Counted from the stretch's first letter, positions 40,960 to 53,100 are shown. The stretch: 64,000 nt of DNA from a bacterium (GCA_018812265.1 JAHJDG010000009.1:5042-69041); one strand, 5' to 3'. Translations and numbers: made by a program. Notes: generated from the sequence alone by a model not told the origin.

Positions 40960-43745
40960 TGCGCTTTCTCGCACTCGCCGTTCTTCTTGCGGCGATCACG
41001 CAGTCCTGCACAAGCCCACCGCCCGCACCGCCGCACGATCAAGTGGCGGTCACGGATGCTTTGGACAGCCTTGCCATCTGGGTTCCTCCCGGCGAAGGCC
41101 GTCCGTTCTTGCTGGCCAATCGAACAGGGACATATTTCTACGGCTGCACCGGCGCTGCGTGGGACAGCGGGTGGATGGGCTTGTGGGTGAAGCGTCGCCG
41201 TGTCCTGGAAAATATCGTGGTGCTCGATTCCGCGGGAACACGTCTTTCTTTTTCCGCAGCATGGTGCCGAGTTTCACCGGCCGATGTGCTTTGGATCTGG
41301 CCGGGAAATACGGCGAGAAGTCTTCGGCTCTTTTTTGCGGTACGAAACGACTCACTCTACTACGAGAGTCGTGGCGGCCTGAATGCAGAAGGTGATTCCT
41401 ATGTGCAACCTTGCCCGACCCGTGGCGCACCCCCGCTGCGCCGCGAACTCTTGGAGGAATTAAGGAACTGCACATTCACGTGCGCCGATACCGCGTTCAG
41501 CAAGGCGGTGGCGTGGGCTCATCTTCAGCTTCTGTTTCTGCTGGCGGAGGACGATTCCCTTCTCTATGCGGGAATTCCGTGGTTCAATGAGGGCTGGGGA
41601 CGTGATACGTTCATCTCGCTGCCCGGGCTTCTCGTGTGCGGCCACACCGACGCCGCCCGCAAGCTGCTGATGCGATTCGGCGGATGGATGGATCGCGATT
41701 CCCTCCATCTGACCTTTGGCAGAATTCCAAATCGGATTCGTCCCGGCGAGGAGATCGCCTACAATACCGCCGACGGCACACCGTGGTGGATTCTCGGATC
41801 GTTTTCCTATGGTTTGTACGCGAGGGACTACACGCTATGGGATCGGCTGGTGGGTACACCCGTCCCCAATGATCCCGCATCCGGTACAGTCGCAATTGCG
41901 CTCGCCGGAGCGATGTCACACACGGACAGCTCGGGATTCCTGAGTCACGGCGATGCGGAGACGTGGATGGACGCCGTCGGACCGGACGGCCCGGAAACTC
42001 CGCGCGGAAATCACGCCGTCGAGATCACCGCTCTGCATCACGCATCGTTGGACGCCGCCGTGCGCATGGCTTCCGCGAGTGGCAGAGTATCCGCCGATTC
42101 CGTTCGCAAGTGGCGTAACGTGCGCCGGAGAATCGAGAATGATTTTTCGGGAGCGTTTCTCACGCCATCGCATGACATGCTGGCGGACCGGCTCCGCACC
42201 GACGGAAGTCCCGATTCATCCGTCCGCCCCAATCAGCTGTTCGCGCTCACGGTTCCGCTGACGCCGCTGGTACCGCCGCAACTTCACACGGATATTCTGC
42301 GGACCGTCACGAAGAATCTTGTTCACGACTACGGTGTTCTTTCGCTCGCGCCAAGCGACTCCAATTTCCATCCTTTCCATCAGGACGAACATTATCCCAA
42401 AGACAAAGCGTACCACAACGGCATCGTCTGGACCTGGCTTTCCGGCCCGGCCAAGACGGCGCTCACGCGACAGGGACGCGGCGACTTGGCTCTGAAGATG
42501 GCCGAATACGAATGCGACATGCTGCTGCATCGCGGATGCGTCGGCTCACTTCCCGAGGTTACGGATGCTATGCCTCGGCCCGGTTCGCACGAGGTGAGTC
42601 TATCGGGAACGGTCACACAAGCGTGGAGTCTCGCCGAGTTCCTGCGAACGATGTATCAGGATTTCCTCGGTATTCGTCCCATACAGATTGCCAATCGGGT
42701 GGAGCCTTTATGGCTGTTCGATCCGCGCATTCCCCAGTCGTGGGGGAGAGTAGAAGCCAGAGTAATAATCGAGAATACTCCTTTTCGCGTAGTCATGCGG
42801 AACTTCGGCGATTCGCTGGTCGTGACACTTCAAGCGGAGACGGAGCCCGCGTCGCCCATCAGCATCAAGGTGTTCCATCCGCAAAACGGCATCACCGGCG
42901 TCTTGCGCGGCACGGATCCCGTTCGTCTTGTCTATCGGCCCGATAAGGAGATCGCATACGCCGACGGTACCCCGACGGCGAAGGTGAAACTAACGGGCTG
43001 GCCCTATGACGAAGGACCGAAGGACCTGACGTTTGCTCCACCGATTCGGACGCGGGATTTCGCCGCGCTCCGCCCGCCGCCGTGGGATATCCTGAAGACG
43101 GAAGAGGTGCTGCTCGCTCCCAATAAATCCCGCGTTCTGCTGAGTGCCGAGGATTCCCAAAATGACGACGTGGGTCCCGGCACGTTCACGTATCCCCAGG
43201 ATGAACATTTCGCGCCGGGAATTCTCGATCTGACCCATCTTGAGATATCGGAAAGTGATAAATCGTATCGTTTCCGCCTTCAATTCCGGAATCTCGTTCA
43301 ACCGGGCTGGCATCCCGAATACGGATTTCAATTGACTTTTGCAGCAGTGTGTCTCCATACACGGAACAGCCGACGACCGGACGCGGGCGCGAATTCGGGC
43401 TACCGCTTTCCAGACGAGCATTTTTTGTCCCGTGTGATCTACATCGGCGGGGGAATTCGCATCGAGGATGATTCGCACGAGATTCTCGCCCAATTCACAC
43501 CGCGAACCACGTCGGACGCGTTCGGTGACACAACCGCGAGCGTCATCTCCTTTGCAATTCCCAAACGCTATTTCCCCGCCTTTGACGACTCCTGGCGCTG
43601 GACGGCGCTGATCGGCGCGCAGGATGATCACGGCGGCGCCGGAATGGGTGAGTTCCGCAGCGTCAGACCGGTTGCCGAGCGATGGGCCGGCGGCGGAAAC
43701 GAATCCGGATCACCTAACGTTTACGATATACTCACGGTCCCCTAA
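40956..43745 (+). CDS. Lipoprotein related to glycogen-debranching enzyme / amylo-alpha-1,6-glucosidase (GDE_C, six-hairpin glycosidase fold) with a C-terminal glucodextranase-like domain.
   Basis: MMRFLALAVLLAAITQSC lipobox. LLYAGIPWFNEGWGRDTFISLPGLLV... (GDE_C-like). C-terminal region similar to the glucodextranase C-domain. The start overlaps the amylase stop. Confidence 0.5.
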   Translation: MMRFLALAVLLAAITQSCTSPPPAPPHDQVAVTDALDSLAIWVPPGEGRPFLLANRTGTYFYGCTGAAWDSGWMGLWVKRRRVLENIVVLDSAGTRLSFSAAWCRVSPADVLWIWPGNTARSLRLFFAVRNDSLYYESRGGLNAEGDSYVQPCPTRGAPPLRRELLEELRNCTFTCADTAFSKAVAWAHLQLLFLLAEDDSLLYAGIPWFNEGWGRDTFISLPGLLVCGHTDAARKLLMRFGGWMDRDSLHLTFGRIPNRIRPGEEIAYNTADGTPWWILGSFSYGLYARDYTLWDRLVGTPVPNDPASGTVAIALAGAMSHTDSSGFLSHGDAETWMDAVGPDGPETPRGNHAVEITALHHASLDAAVRMASASGRVSADSVRKWRNVRRRIENDFSGAFLTPSHDMLADRLRTDGSPDSSVRPNQLFALTVPLTPLVPPQLHTDILRTVTKNLVHDYGVLSLAPSDSNFHPFHQDEHYPKDKAYHNGIVWTWLSGPAKTALTRQGRGDLALKMAEYECDMLLHRGCVGSLPEVTDAMPRPGSHEVSLSGTVTQAWSLAEFLRTMYQDFLGIRPIQIANRVEPLWLFDPRIPQSWGRVEARVIIENTPFRVVMRNFGDSLVVTLQAETEPASPISIKVFHPQNGITGVLRGTDPVRLVYRPDKEIAYADGTPTAKVKLTGWPYDEGPKDLTFAPPIRTRDFAALRPPPWDILKTEEVLLAPNKSRVLLSAEDSQNDDVGPGTFTYPQDEHFAPGILDLTHLEISESDKSYRFRLQFRNLVQPGWHPEYGFQLTFAAVCLHTRNSRRPDAGANSGYRFPDEHFLSRVIYIGGGIRIEDDSHEILAQFTPRTTSDAFGDTTASVISFAIPKRYFPAFDDSWRWTALIGAQDDHGGAGMGEFRSVRPVAERWAGGGNESGSPNVYDILTVP

Positions 43746-43771
43746 GAACGCCTTTCGGAAAATAACTGCAC

Positions 43772-44842
43772 ATGGCTGAGATCGAACTTCGCAATATCAG
43801 CAAGCAATTCGGCAGCACTTCGGTTCTGCGGAATGTGTCCTTCACGATCCACGACGGGGAGTTCGCCGTTCTGGTCGGGCCGTCCGGCTGCGGTAAATCC
43901 ACGATTCTCCGCATTATTGCCGGTTTGGAAACTCCTACGACCGGAGACATCCGTATCGGCGGTTCGGTGGTCAATCAAGTGGCTGCGCGCGACCGCGATA
44001 TTGCGATGGTGTTTCAGAATTACGCGCTGTATCCGCACATGACGGTGTTCGACAATATGGCATTCGGATTGAAAATGCGGAAGCTGCCGAAAAGCGATAT
44101 CGAGCATCGCGTGCATGAAGCGGCGGAGTTTCTCCACTTGGACGATCTGCTTCGTCGAAAACCGCGACAGCTCTCCGGCGGTCAGCGGCAGCGGGTGGCG
44201 CTCGGACGCGCGCTCGTCCGCAATCCGCGAGCGTTTCTGTTCGATGAACCGTTATCGAATCTCGACGCCAAACTGCGAACACATACGCGAACCGAACTCG
44301 CGCGCCTCCACAAGCAACTTGGAACGACGATGGTCTACGTTACGCACGATCAAGTGGAGGCCATGACTCTCGGACAGCGGATCATCGTGCTCAAGGACGG
44401 CGAGGTGCAACAGGTGGACGCTCCCCTGGAGGTCTATCGCCGTCCGGCCAATCGTTTCGTGGCGGGATTCATCGGCTCGCCGGCCATGAACTTCCTGCCC
44501 GGCACTCGCACGGGCGATCAAATCACATGCGGATCGCTCAGGTTTGCGCTTCCGCATATCATATCCGCGAAGCACTCCAACCCGACACTTATTATCGGTC
44601 TGCGTCCGGAGCAATTGCTTCTGCAACACCCGGGTTCCACTGCCGCCAAGCTCGACGTCACCGTCGAGGTGGTAGAGCCGCTGGGAAATGAGATTCTCAT
44701 CTACGCCAGGTTCGAATCGGAACGTTTGGTTATCCGCGCAGCGCCGGCAACGGAAGTTAAGCCCGACGACCATTTGCCGGTCTATTTCGATCCCAATGCC
44801 ATTCACTATTTCGACGGAGCAACCGATGCGGCGATCCAGTGA
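43772..44842 (+). CDS. Sugar ABC transporter ATP-binding protein (MalK/MsmK/UgpC family) with a TOBE domain.
   Basis: Walker A GPSGCGKST. Signature LSGGQRQRVALGRAL. Walker B FLFDEPLSNLD. C-terminal regulatory domain. Confidence 0.9.
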   Translation: MAEIELRNISKQFGSTSVLRNVSFTIHDGEFAVLVGPSGCGKSTILRIIAGLETPTTGDIRIGGSVVNQVAARDRDIAMVFQNYALYPHMTVFDNMAFGLKMRKLPKSDIEHRVHEAAEFLHLDDLLRRKPRQLSGGQRQRVALGRALVRNPRAFLFDEPLSNLDAKLRTHTRTELARLHKQLGTTMVYVTHDQVEAMTLGQRIIVLKDGEVQQVDAPLEVYRRPANRFVAGFIGSPAMNFLPGTRTGDQITCGSLRFALPHIISAKHSNPTLIIGLRPEQLLLQHPGSTAAKLDVTVEVVEPLGNEILIYARFESERLVIRAAPATEVKPDDHLPVYFDPNAIHYFDGATDAAIQ

Positions 44843-47141
44843 AACGATTTCAAGTCGAGTGCATGTTATTGCGTTCCTCGCTTTGTTCGCGGCATTATCA
44901 TCGCTGGCCGCCGGTGCTTCGCGTCCGGGACATCTCTATGTCAATTTGATCTGGCATCAGCATCAGCCACTCTACGTTGATCCCGAAACCGATCAACTAC
45001 GCGGCCCGTGGGTGCGCACGCACGCCACCAAGGACTACTATGACATGGCGGCCATGCTCAAGGAGTATCCAGAGGTTCACGCTACGATCAATCTGACCTC
45101 GTCGCTGCTGCTGCAATTAACCGAGTACTACTATGATCGGCTTACTCCCTCACTCTACAAACACGGCGACGGCAATTGGGCGGTGGATACCGCGAAGTAT
45201 TTCGAACAATGGCAGGGCAAGACCGATCCGTGGATTGATCTGGCGTTGCGGCCTACGGAATCGTTCAATGAAGACGACATTGCCAAGCTCGTCTATGAGC
45301 CGTGGAACGCTTTCGGAATCTCGTCCATACAGATTGCACACTTCCCGGAATATGCGGCATTGCGCGACAAATCCCGCAGTGAATTAACAACCGACGACTA
45401 TACGGCGATTAAGGCGTGGTTCTACTTGGCCCACTTCGATCCGGACTTTCTGCGCGGTACGTCCGATCTTGACGTGAACCTCTCCGATTTGATCGTAGAG
45501 CGAGAACCGGACCGATTCTATCTCGTGCATCCACTGATGGAGCGTGATGCCAATCGTTTGGTGGCTGATGCCGTGCGGGTCATGCAGGAAGTGATTCCGA
45601 TTCACGCATCGCAGGATTTTGATAATGACAAGCGTCGCGCCGACGGGACCGCCTACTGGCAACTGGAAATCATCACCACCCCATTCTATCATCCGATTCT
45701 TCCCCTGCTCATTGATTCCGACGTGGCGCGCATCTGTCAACCGAAGGACTCGCTACCCCATCGCTTCGCCTATCCCGCCGACGCCGCCGCCCAAGTAGTC
45801 AAAGGATGTTATTTTTTCAATCGGATGTTTGGTTATCCGAATCTCGGTATGTGGCCGGCTGAGGGTTCGATTTCCCAAGCCACGGCGGATATCTTTGCCA
45901 AAAGTGGAATCGAATGGATTTGTGGAGATATGCGCGTTCTGGAGAGATCGAAGCCGTCGAATTTGGACGTTGCCAAACCTTGTCGTTTGAGTACGCCGCA
46001 TGGCGACATCATGATTGTCTTTCGCGAAACGAATCTTTCCGATCATATCGGATTCACCTATCAGCATATGCAACCAGATAGCGCGGTTCGACACTTCATA
46101 TCTGAAGTGAAGAAGTACCGGCCCAAAACCGATGAGCCGGATCGCTTGCTAACCGTGATCCTCGATGGTGAGAATGCTTGGGAATGGTACGAGTACGACA
46201 TGGATGGTAAAAAGTTTCTGCATGGTTTGTATCAGGCACTATCGGAAGCATACCGGCAGGGCGAGTTCACTTGCGTCACACCATTGGAATACATTGATGG
46301 TGCGCCGGAACGCGGAGTGCCACCTCATCCCATCGAAACCATGCAAAAGATCGAGCAGCTTTGGCCGGGTTCGTGGATCAATGCGAATTTCGATACGTGG
46401 ATCGGCGAGCCGGAAGAGAATCGTGCGTGGGAGTATCTGCTGCAAACCCGGCGTGATCTGGAAATGAGTGGCTTGAAACAACCTGATCCGTTCGATGTCG
46501 GCGGACCGCACCACTCCATATCAGATAATGATGCCAAGCTGTGGATGCTGGCACAGAACGCCTATGAATCCATGTATGCGGCCGAGGGATCGGATTGGTT
46601 CTGGTGGTACGGAGCGGATCAATCGGCGCTGGGCGGCGACCGTCCGTTTGAGGAAGGTTTCTTCGCGCATTTGCGATCGGTTTACCGATGGATGGCGGAG
46701 ACCGGTGTATGGGAGGGCGATCCGCCAGAGTTCGAGCCCATTTTAAGCGCGAGCAAAATGGAGCTTCAGGAGCGTTCGGGAGTGATGGCACGGGGAAGTG
46801 AACCAATCACCGTGCGATTCGAGTGCGACGCGAAAGACGTTCGGGTTACGAAAGCCATCTATATCGCGGGGAATCTGCCCGAGCTCGGCGATTGGACACC
46901 CAACTCCATCGCCATGCGTGACGACGGAAAAGAGGGTGATCGAAAAACTGACGACGATATCTGGACTCTTACATTGATACTCCTACGCGGTCAGGAAGTA
47001 CAATACAAGTATACCAATTCCGGAACGCGCGGCGAATGGTCTCCCTCGGAAGAGTTTCCCCAATCGAATCGCTCGTTCACGGTGGAAGGGACGACGGATT
47101 CGGTTGTCGTCCGGAAGGATACGTTCGGCAAGTATGAGTAG
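44826..47141 (+). CDS. GH57-family alpha-glucan enzyme (alpha-amylase / 4-alpha-glucanotransferase type) with a C-terminal CBM20-like starch-binding domain.
   Basis: Start set at MRRSSE...VIAFLALFAALSSLAAGA. GH57 region I LIWHQHQPLY, region III GMWPAEGS (Glu nucleophile) and region IV ILDGENAWEWY. C-terminal ...IYIAGNLPELGDWTPN...QYKY. Confidence 0.8.
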   Translation: MRRSSETISSRVHVIAFLALFAALSSLAAGASRPGHLYVNLIWHQHQPLYVDPETDQLRGPWVRTHATKDYYDMAAMLKEYPEVHATINLTSSLLLQLTEYYYDRLTPSLYKHGDGNWAVDTAKYFEQWQGKTDPWIDLALRPTESFNEDDIAKLVYEPWNAFGISSIQIAHFPEYAALRDKSRSELTTDDYTAIKAWFYLAHFDPDFLRGTSDLDVNLSDLIVEREPDRFYLVHPLMERDANRLVADAVRVMQEVIPIHASQDFDNDKRRADGTAYWQLEIITTPFYHPILPLLIDSDVARICQPKDSLPHRFAYPADAAAQVVKGCYFFNRMFGYPNLGMWPAEGSISQATADIFAKSGIEWICGDMRVLERSKPSNLDVAKPCRLSTPHGDIMIVFRETNLSDHIGFTYQHMQPDSAVRHFISEVKKYRPKTDEPDRLLTVILDGENAWEWYEYDMDGKKFLHGLYQALSEAYRQGEFTCVTPLEYIDGAPERGVPPHPIETMQKIEQLWPGSWINANFDTWIGEPEENRAWEYLLQTRRDLEMSGLKQPDPFDVGGPHHSISDNDAKLWMLAQNAYESMYAAEGSDWFWWYGADQSALGGDRPFEEGFFAHLRSVYRWMAETGVWEGDPPEFEPILSASKMELQERSGVMARGSEPITVRFECDAKDVRVTKAIYIAGNLPELGDWTPNSIAMRDDGKEGDRKTDDDIWTLTLILLRGQEVQYKYTNSGTRGEWSPSEEFPQSNRSFTVEGTTDSVVVRKDTFGKYE

Positions 47142-48378
47142 ACTGCTCAGCCGACGATTGCTCGCACTTCTTACCATCGGTGTGGGCATTCTTTGGATCG
47201 GATGCACACGACACGACGGTGTCGTGCGACTTCAGATCTGGCACCAACTCCGTCCGGAAGATCGCGCGCTTCTTGCGAAGGTCGTTCGCGAGTACGAAAC
47301 GATTCATGACAGCCTGGCGGTTGAAGTCATTTATAAAGAGACCGAGGAATTGCGCTCGTCCTATCAATCGGCGGCGCTGGCAGGTTTGGGTCCCTGCCTG
47401 ATTCACGGGCCGGCCGATCAGGTGGGACCGCTGGCAACGATGGGTTTCATTCGTCCATTGGAGGACATCCTGCCTGCACCGCGACTGGCCGAGCTTGATT
47501 CGGCGGCGCTTATTGTCTATCGCGGTCACCTTTTTCAGGCTCCCGATCGAGTCGGAAATCATCTTGCCTTGGTCTACAACAAGGACATCCTGCCGGAACC
47601 GCCTCGCAACACGGACGAACTGATCGAAATGGGCCGGTCTGCAACTCTCGACAAGAACAGCGACGGCAAGATGGATCAGTGGGGAATCGTCTGGAATTTT
47701 ACGGAGCCGTACTTTTTCGTCCCGTGGCTCTCGGGGTTCGGTGGCTGGGTTTTCGACGATAGCGGCGAGCCCAGCCTGAATACACGCTCCGCCATTGAAG
47801 CCTTTCGATTCGTGAAATCGCTGCGCGATGAGTATCGCATCATCCCGCCCGACTGCGACTACGCGATGGCCGACGCACTCTTCAAAGAAGGCCGCGCCGC
47901 CATGATCGTCAACGGTCCGTGGTCATGGCCGGGATACGAACAGGCGGGCGTGAACTACGAGCTGGCGCGTATCCCGAGCGTTACGGCTACCGGGTTGTGG
48001 CCGGCTCCGATGGTCTCGCCGCTCGGCTATTCACTCAACGTCAACGCACGAGGTCGCGAACTGGAAGAAGCGACGCGCCTGCTCGAGTACCTGATTTCCG
48101 ATTCCGTGCAGAAACGATTCGTTATCGAGATCGGCGTCATTCCCTCCAGCATCAGACTCCGAGGCGACTCGGCCTATCTCGCCCGACCGCACATGGCCGA
48201 GAGTCTGGCGCAACTCGAAGTCGGCCGCATGATGCCGGTGCAACCGGAATTACGCGCGGTGTGGGACGCCATGCGCCCCGCCTATCAGTCCGTGTTAGGT
48301 GGAGCCTTGTCACCGGAGCAGGCCGCCCAGCAGATGCAGGCGGACGCCATGCAGAAAATCCGGGAGATGAATGAGTAG
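47134..48378 (+). CDS. Maltose/maltodextrin-type ABC substrate-binding lipoprotein (MalE-like).
   Basis: Start at MSRLLSRRLLALLTIGVGILWIGC (lipobox). Periplasmic-binding-protein fold. Positioned directly before the two permeases. Confidence 0.75.
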   Translation: MSRLLSRRLLALLTIGVGILWIGCTRHDGVVRLQIWHQLRPEDRALLAKVVREYETIHDSLAVEVIYKETEELRSSYQSAALAGLGPCLIHGPADQVGPLATMGFIRPLEDILPAPRLAELDSAALIVYRGHLFQAPDRVGNHLALVYNKDILPEPPRNTDELIEMGRSATLDKNSDGKMDQWGIVWNFTEPYFFVPWLSGFGGWVFDDSGEPSLNTRSAIEAFRFVKSLRDEYRIIPPDCDYAMADALFKEGRAAMIVNGPWSWPGYEQAGVNYELARIPSVTATGLWPAPMVSPLGYSLNVNARGRELEEATRLLEYLISDSVQKRFVIEIGVIPSSIRLRGDSAYLARPHMAESLAQLEVGRMMPVQPELRAVWDAMRPAYQSVLGGALSPEQAAQQMQADAMQKIREMNE

Positions 48379-49252
48379 CGACAGACGGTTCATCGTTTTT
48401 CTCATCGCGCCGGCGGCGGTCGTCATCGCCGTTGTGGTCGTATATCCGTTTCTGTACAATTTCCTGCTGTCGCTCTCGAATATGAGTCTCTTGCACATTC
48501 GGGATTGGGAGATCATCGGACTGCGACAATATGAGAAGGTACTGTCGGAACCGCGTTTCTATCACATTCTGTGGAAAACGCTGCTGTGGACGGTTATCAA
48601 CGTTACCTTCCACGTGACTATTGGAGTTACGCTTGCGCTCATTCTTCACGAGAAGGTGCCGGGGAAGCGACTGTTTCGGACGCTGTTGATTCTCCCGTGG
48701 GCGATTCCGCCGGTGGTAACGGCGCTCACGTGGCGCGGCATGTTTCACTATGAATACGGCGCGGTCAATCTGATTCTGAGCAAGGTGTTCCTGCAAACAC
48801 CGATTCAGTGGCTGAATGATCCGGTCGGTACTTTTGCGGCGTGTATCATCACCAACGTCTGGCTCGGTTTTCCGTTCATGATGGTGGTTGCGCTCGGCGG
48901 CTTGCAGAGCATTCCGCACGAACTCTACGAAGCGGCCATTATTGACGGGGCCGGACCGTGGCAACGATTCCGGAAGGTTACGCTGCCGATGCTCGTTCCC
49001 GTCCTGACTCCGGCGGTGATTCTCGGCTTCGTGTGGACGTTCAACAAGGTGGACATCGTCTGGCTGGTCTCCAACGGCGGTGAGCCCGCCGATCAGACGC
49101 ACATTCTGGTTTCCTATGTTTATCGCGCGGCGTTTAATCTGTATCGCTATGGCTACGCCGCCGCGTTCTCCGTTATCATCTTCCTGATTCTGGTTGCATT
49201 CTCGGTGGTCTTCATGAGGCACCAGCACCGAAGACAACTCACGGCGACGTAA
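48371..49252 (+). CDS. Sugar ABC transporter permease (MalF/UgpA-like).
   Basis: Six TM helices. Permease fold with a conserved EAA-region equivalent. Confidence 0.85.
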   Translation: MSSDRRFIVFLIAPAAVVIAVVVVYPFLYNFLLSLSNMSLLHIRDWEIIGLRQYEKVLSEPRFYHILWKTLLWTVINVTFHVTIGVTLALILHEKVPGKRLFRTLLILPWAIPPVVTALTWRGMFHYEYGAVNLILSKVFLQTPIQWLNDPVGTFAACIITNVWLGFPFMMVVALGGLQSIPHELYEAAIIDGAGPWQRFRKVTLPMLVPVLTPAVILGFVWTFNKVDIVWLVSNGGEPADQTHILVSYVYRAAFNLYRYGYAAAFSVIIFLILVAFSVVFMRHQHRRQLTAT

Positions 49253-49276
49253 CTTGTCCAAATCCTCCCGAAACCG

Positions 49277-50095
49277 ATGTTGAAGAAGACTGTCCTGCTT
49301 ATCGTGATGCTGGCTTTCGTCGTCATCACGCTCTATCCGATTCTCACCGTGGTCACGGTTTCGCTGCGACCCGGCGACCGACTGCTCTCGACGTCACTCT
49401 CCATCATTCCCGAAGATGCGACGATCGAAAGCTACATCGCGTTGTTCCGCGACAAGCCGTTCGCTCGCTGGATGTTCAACAGCACGATCGTGGCCCTCGC
49501 CGTTACGATTCTCGGAACCTCCCTTGCTTCTACGGCGGGCTACGCCTTTTCTCGTTTTCGATTTCCCGGTCATCGGGCGGGTATGATGATGCTGCTCATT
49601 ACACAGATGTTCCCGGCGACGATGCTGCTTTTACCGCTCTTCGTGATGCTGGCCAAGTTGCATCTCATCAACTCGTATCTGGGTCTCATTGTGATCTACT
49701 CGGCGACGGCTTTGCCGTTCACCGTGTGGCAGATGAAGGGCTACTACGACACGATCCCGCGCGAACTCGAAGAGGCCGCGCTGATGGACGGTGCCGGCCG
49801 CTGGCGAGTTTTCTATTCCATCATCCTCCCCCTGGCGGCACCGGCTCTGGTCATTACCGCTCTGTTTTCTTTTCTCACCGCATGGAGCGAATACGTTGTG
49901 GCGGCGCAGGTGCTTCTGACCGAGGATCTGTACACGCTCCCCGTCGGGCTCAAGCAGTTTCAGTCGAGCATGACCACCGAGTGGGGATTGTACTCGGCCG
50001 GTTCGATTATCATCAGCATTCCGGTGGTGGCTCTCTTTCTCTACCTCTCCCGGTGGCTGGTATCGGGTCTGACTCTCGGCAGCGTGAAGGGATAG
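49277..50095 (+). CDS. Sugar ABC transporter permease (MalG/UgpE-like).
   Basis: EAA motif EAALMDGAGRWRVF. Six TM helices. Confidence 0.85.
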   Translation: MLKKTVLLIVMLAFVVITLYPILTVVTVSLRPGDRLLSTSLSIIPEDATIESYIALFRDKPFARWMFNSTIVALAVTILGTSLASTAGYAFSRFRFPGHRAGMMMLLITQMFPATMLLLPLFVMLAKLHLINSYLGLIVIYSATALPFTVWQMKGYYDTIPRELEEAALMDGAGRWRVFYSIILPLAAPALVITALFSFLTAWSEYVVAAQVLLTEDLYTLPVGLKQFQSSMTTEWGLYSAGSIIISIPVVALFLYLSRWLVSGLTLGSVKG

Positions 50096-50197
50096 GAATT
50101 TTTCGAGTGTGCGATTTTGCCTTGATTTCGGTGAGATAGGGTCTTATCATAAAAAGGTGAGTTTCCATTGCGAGGACAACCATCCAAGGATAGACGT

Positions 50198-53100
50198 ATG
50201 AATAGGTTGCTGAACACGTTGGCAGTGGCTCTCACGGTATTCCTGGCCGTGAAAGCCTCCTTTGCATTCGAGTGGCGTCTCAACGACTGGGTCATTAAGG
50301 ATGAAATCGGTGAGATCGAGGCGGGAGATTTCGATCTGTGTAACGGATTTTTCCGCGAAGACTCCGATCGAACCTACCTCAAGATCACGACCCGCAGTCC
50401 ACTCACTCAAGACGTTGACGTATGGGTCAGAACTACGGACAAACTGGGTCAGCAACTTTCGTTGCGGCGAGACGCGCCCTCGACGCGGGCGACTGTCAAC
50501 GCCTTCCGGGGCGTCTTTGAAATCGAGTGGATTCGACCGAGTGATTGGCAGGGTACGGCAACACTGTCCATTCAAACCGTTCGCAGCGGGACGATGGAGA
50601 TCGTTGATGAAGCCGCTGTGGACATGAACCCGCGTTCCTCGCTCGACAATGAGACGGGCAACTGCGCGTTTGTCCATCACGGGAATCAGGGACTCACTTA
50701 TACGGACGTTTTCCGGGGGAGCGGCGGAAGCCCGAACAACGGATTCGATGAGATTTTGGAATTGCACCAGAATCTCGCTACGCCGGGCAACTTCCACATG
50801 AGCGGAACATTGATTTCGGCGGCCGAGTGGTATGATCCCAGTTTCAATCAATGGCTGCGCGACGGAATCAGTCAAGGCTGGGCAGCGATGCTGACCTCGG
50901 TCTATGCTCAACACATCATGCCGTTTGTTCAAGACAACATGAACAACTGGGCGGTCAGCACCGAACAGGATTTGATCTCGACGATCTACGGATACGACGC
51001 CCGCGTCGCGTGGATTCCCGAGCGCGTGTGGCTGGCGAATGGAGTATATCCCGACGCCGGCATCGTGGATCCGTGGCTGGGCGACAACTGGACTCAGCAC
51101 GGTGTGGACGCAGTCATTCTCGATGACTGGCCGCACGTCAGCGGCAACAGCGACCGCAAGATTCACTGGATGAACAACGGTTCCGGAATCACACTGCGCG
51201 TCATTCCGATTGACGGCGAATTCACCGGCAACTGCCATTACAATCCGGGTGCGGCCATTGCGCATATTCAGGGAACGGGACGATACGGCATCGTGGTCTA
51301 CGGAACCGACTGGGAAGCTGCCGCGGAAATGGCCGACTTTTCCTGCCCCGATTGTCTCGAGAATTATTCGCAGGTCGTCACGTGGGTCCATGACAACTAC
51401 CCTGCCGTTGGCGCCTGGAAACTCGATGCCGCGCTTGCCAATTCCGACTTCAACGGTTGGGGAATCAACGTCGGTAACGGAACGTACGGACTCATCGGCG
51501 GCACCGACGGCTATGGCGGCAGCAACAACAGTTGGTACACGCACTGGGCCGGCACGGCATCGCACTCCGATTTCCATAATCCGGCGTGGAACTACGGCCA
51601 TGCCTGGTGGCAGACGTATCTGAAGGTTATGGGTTCGCCGAGCAACAATCTGTCGGAAACGGCCTGGTACGTGATGATGACCAACCTCCACGAGACCGGC
51701 TGGCACGATTACATGGGCGGGCCGATCAGCGGCTGGCAGCACCGCTATTCGAGTCACATCAAGAACGCCAACGTCTATGCCGAAGCCGCGCACTGGGCGG
51801 CGGGAGAGTACGCGATTCCGGTGAACGCGTACTTCGCCGATCCCGACAGCGACGGTGTTTCGGAACTGATGATCCACAACGATCGCGTGATGGCCGTCTT
51901 CGAGCCGACCGGCGGACGGGCCCAGTGGATTTTCGCCAAAACGCCGTCAAGCGACAACTACTCGATCGTCGGCAGCTGCAACACCTACTGGGCGGAGACC
52001 GAAGGCGACTACGACGAGTCGGGATCCAACAATCATCAGGCCGCCTTTGCCGAGGTGAGCCCGCACTACCGAAATGACACCTATGACATGTTCGTGGAGG
52101 AACTCACCGACACGACGGCGAAGATTCGGCTGGTTCACAATGAAGTAACTAAACGGATCTCCGTGAAGCTCGGCAATCCCTACTTCAAAGCCGAGTACGA
52201 AGTCGGATCTCAAACCTGCTATCTGCGGCACGGTTTCTCGCCCGATCTGCTCGATCTTATCTGGAGCGCGGACATGTATCGCATTTGGCCGCCCGACGCG
52301 GCGTACATGGGATTACGCAATCCGAACAGCGGCGCTACCGGAGCATGCATCCTCGCCAACGGCGGCGCGAATCATCAATTGGAATTCAGCGGAACGTTGC
52401 TGCGAGGAGACGAGTTGCGTGGGTATGACCAATTCGCGTTTCTGCTCTACACCGGACCGACCTCGGCTCCCGACGGATCGGGACGGATTGCCGAACTCGA
52501 GACCCTGAAGACGATGAACCTCGATCGCTACGGACCGAGACTCGACGCGCAGGCCATCTTCCTCAATGCGAGTACGGTGGAAGTATCGTTCAATGAGTCC
52601 GTGGAGCAAACCAGCGCCCAGAATATCTCACACTGGACCCTGCAAGGATTCTCCCACACCTATTCGGTAACGGCGGCGGTCCGGCAATCCGATTGGCGAC
52701 GCGTCCGGCTTACGATCAACCCGAGTCTTATCGGCGGCGATGCGGGTCAGATTGCGGCAAGCGACGTCTATGATCTGAATGGCAACGTTGTTGATCCAAA
52801 TTACGATACCGCGTCACTCATCGTTCCCACCGGACTCACGCCTCACACCATCGTCATTGACGGTGTCAAGGACTTCGATCGTGCCAACGAATGCCTGTTC
52901 GCAGGAACGGATACGCTGTTCCTGACGTGGGACATGTCCGCCTTGTACGTCGGCTATTTTCCCAAGGATCTTTCGACGGGCGATTTCTTCATTCACATTG
53001 ACGTCAACCAGCAGACCGGGATGGGAGCTCCCACCGGCAGTTGGGGACGGGAGAGTTTCGCCAATCCATTCCGCATCGAGTATCAACTCGCCATCGAAGG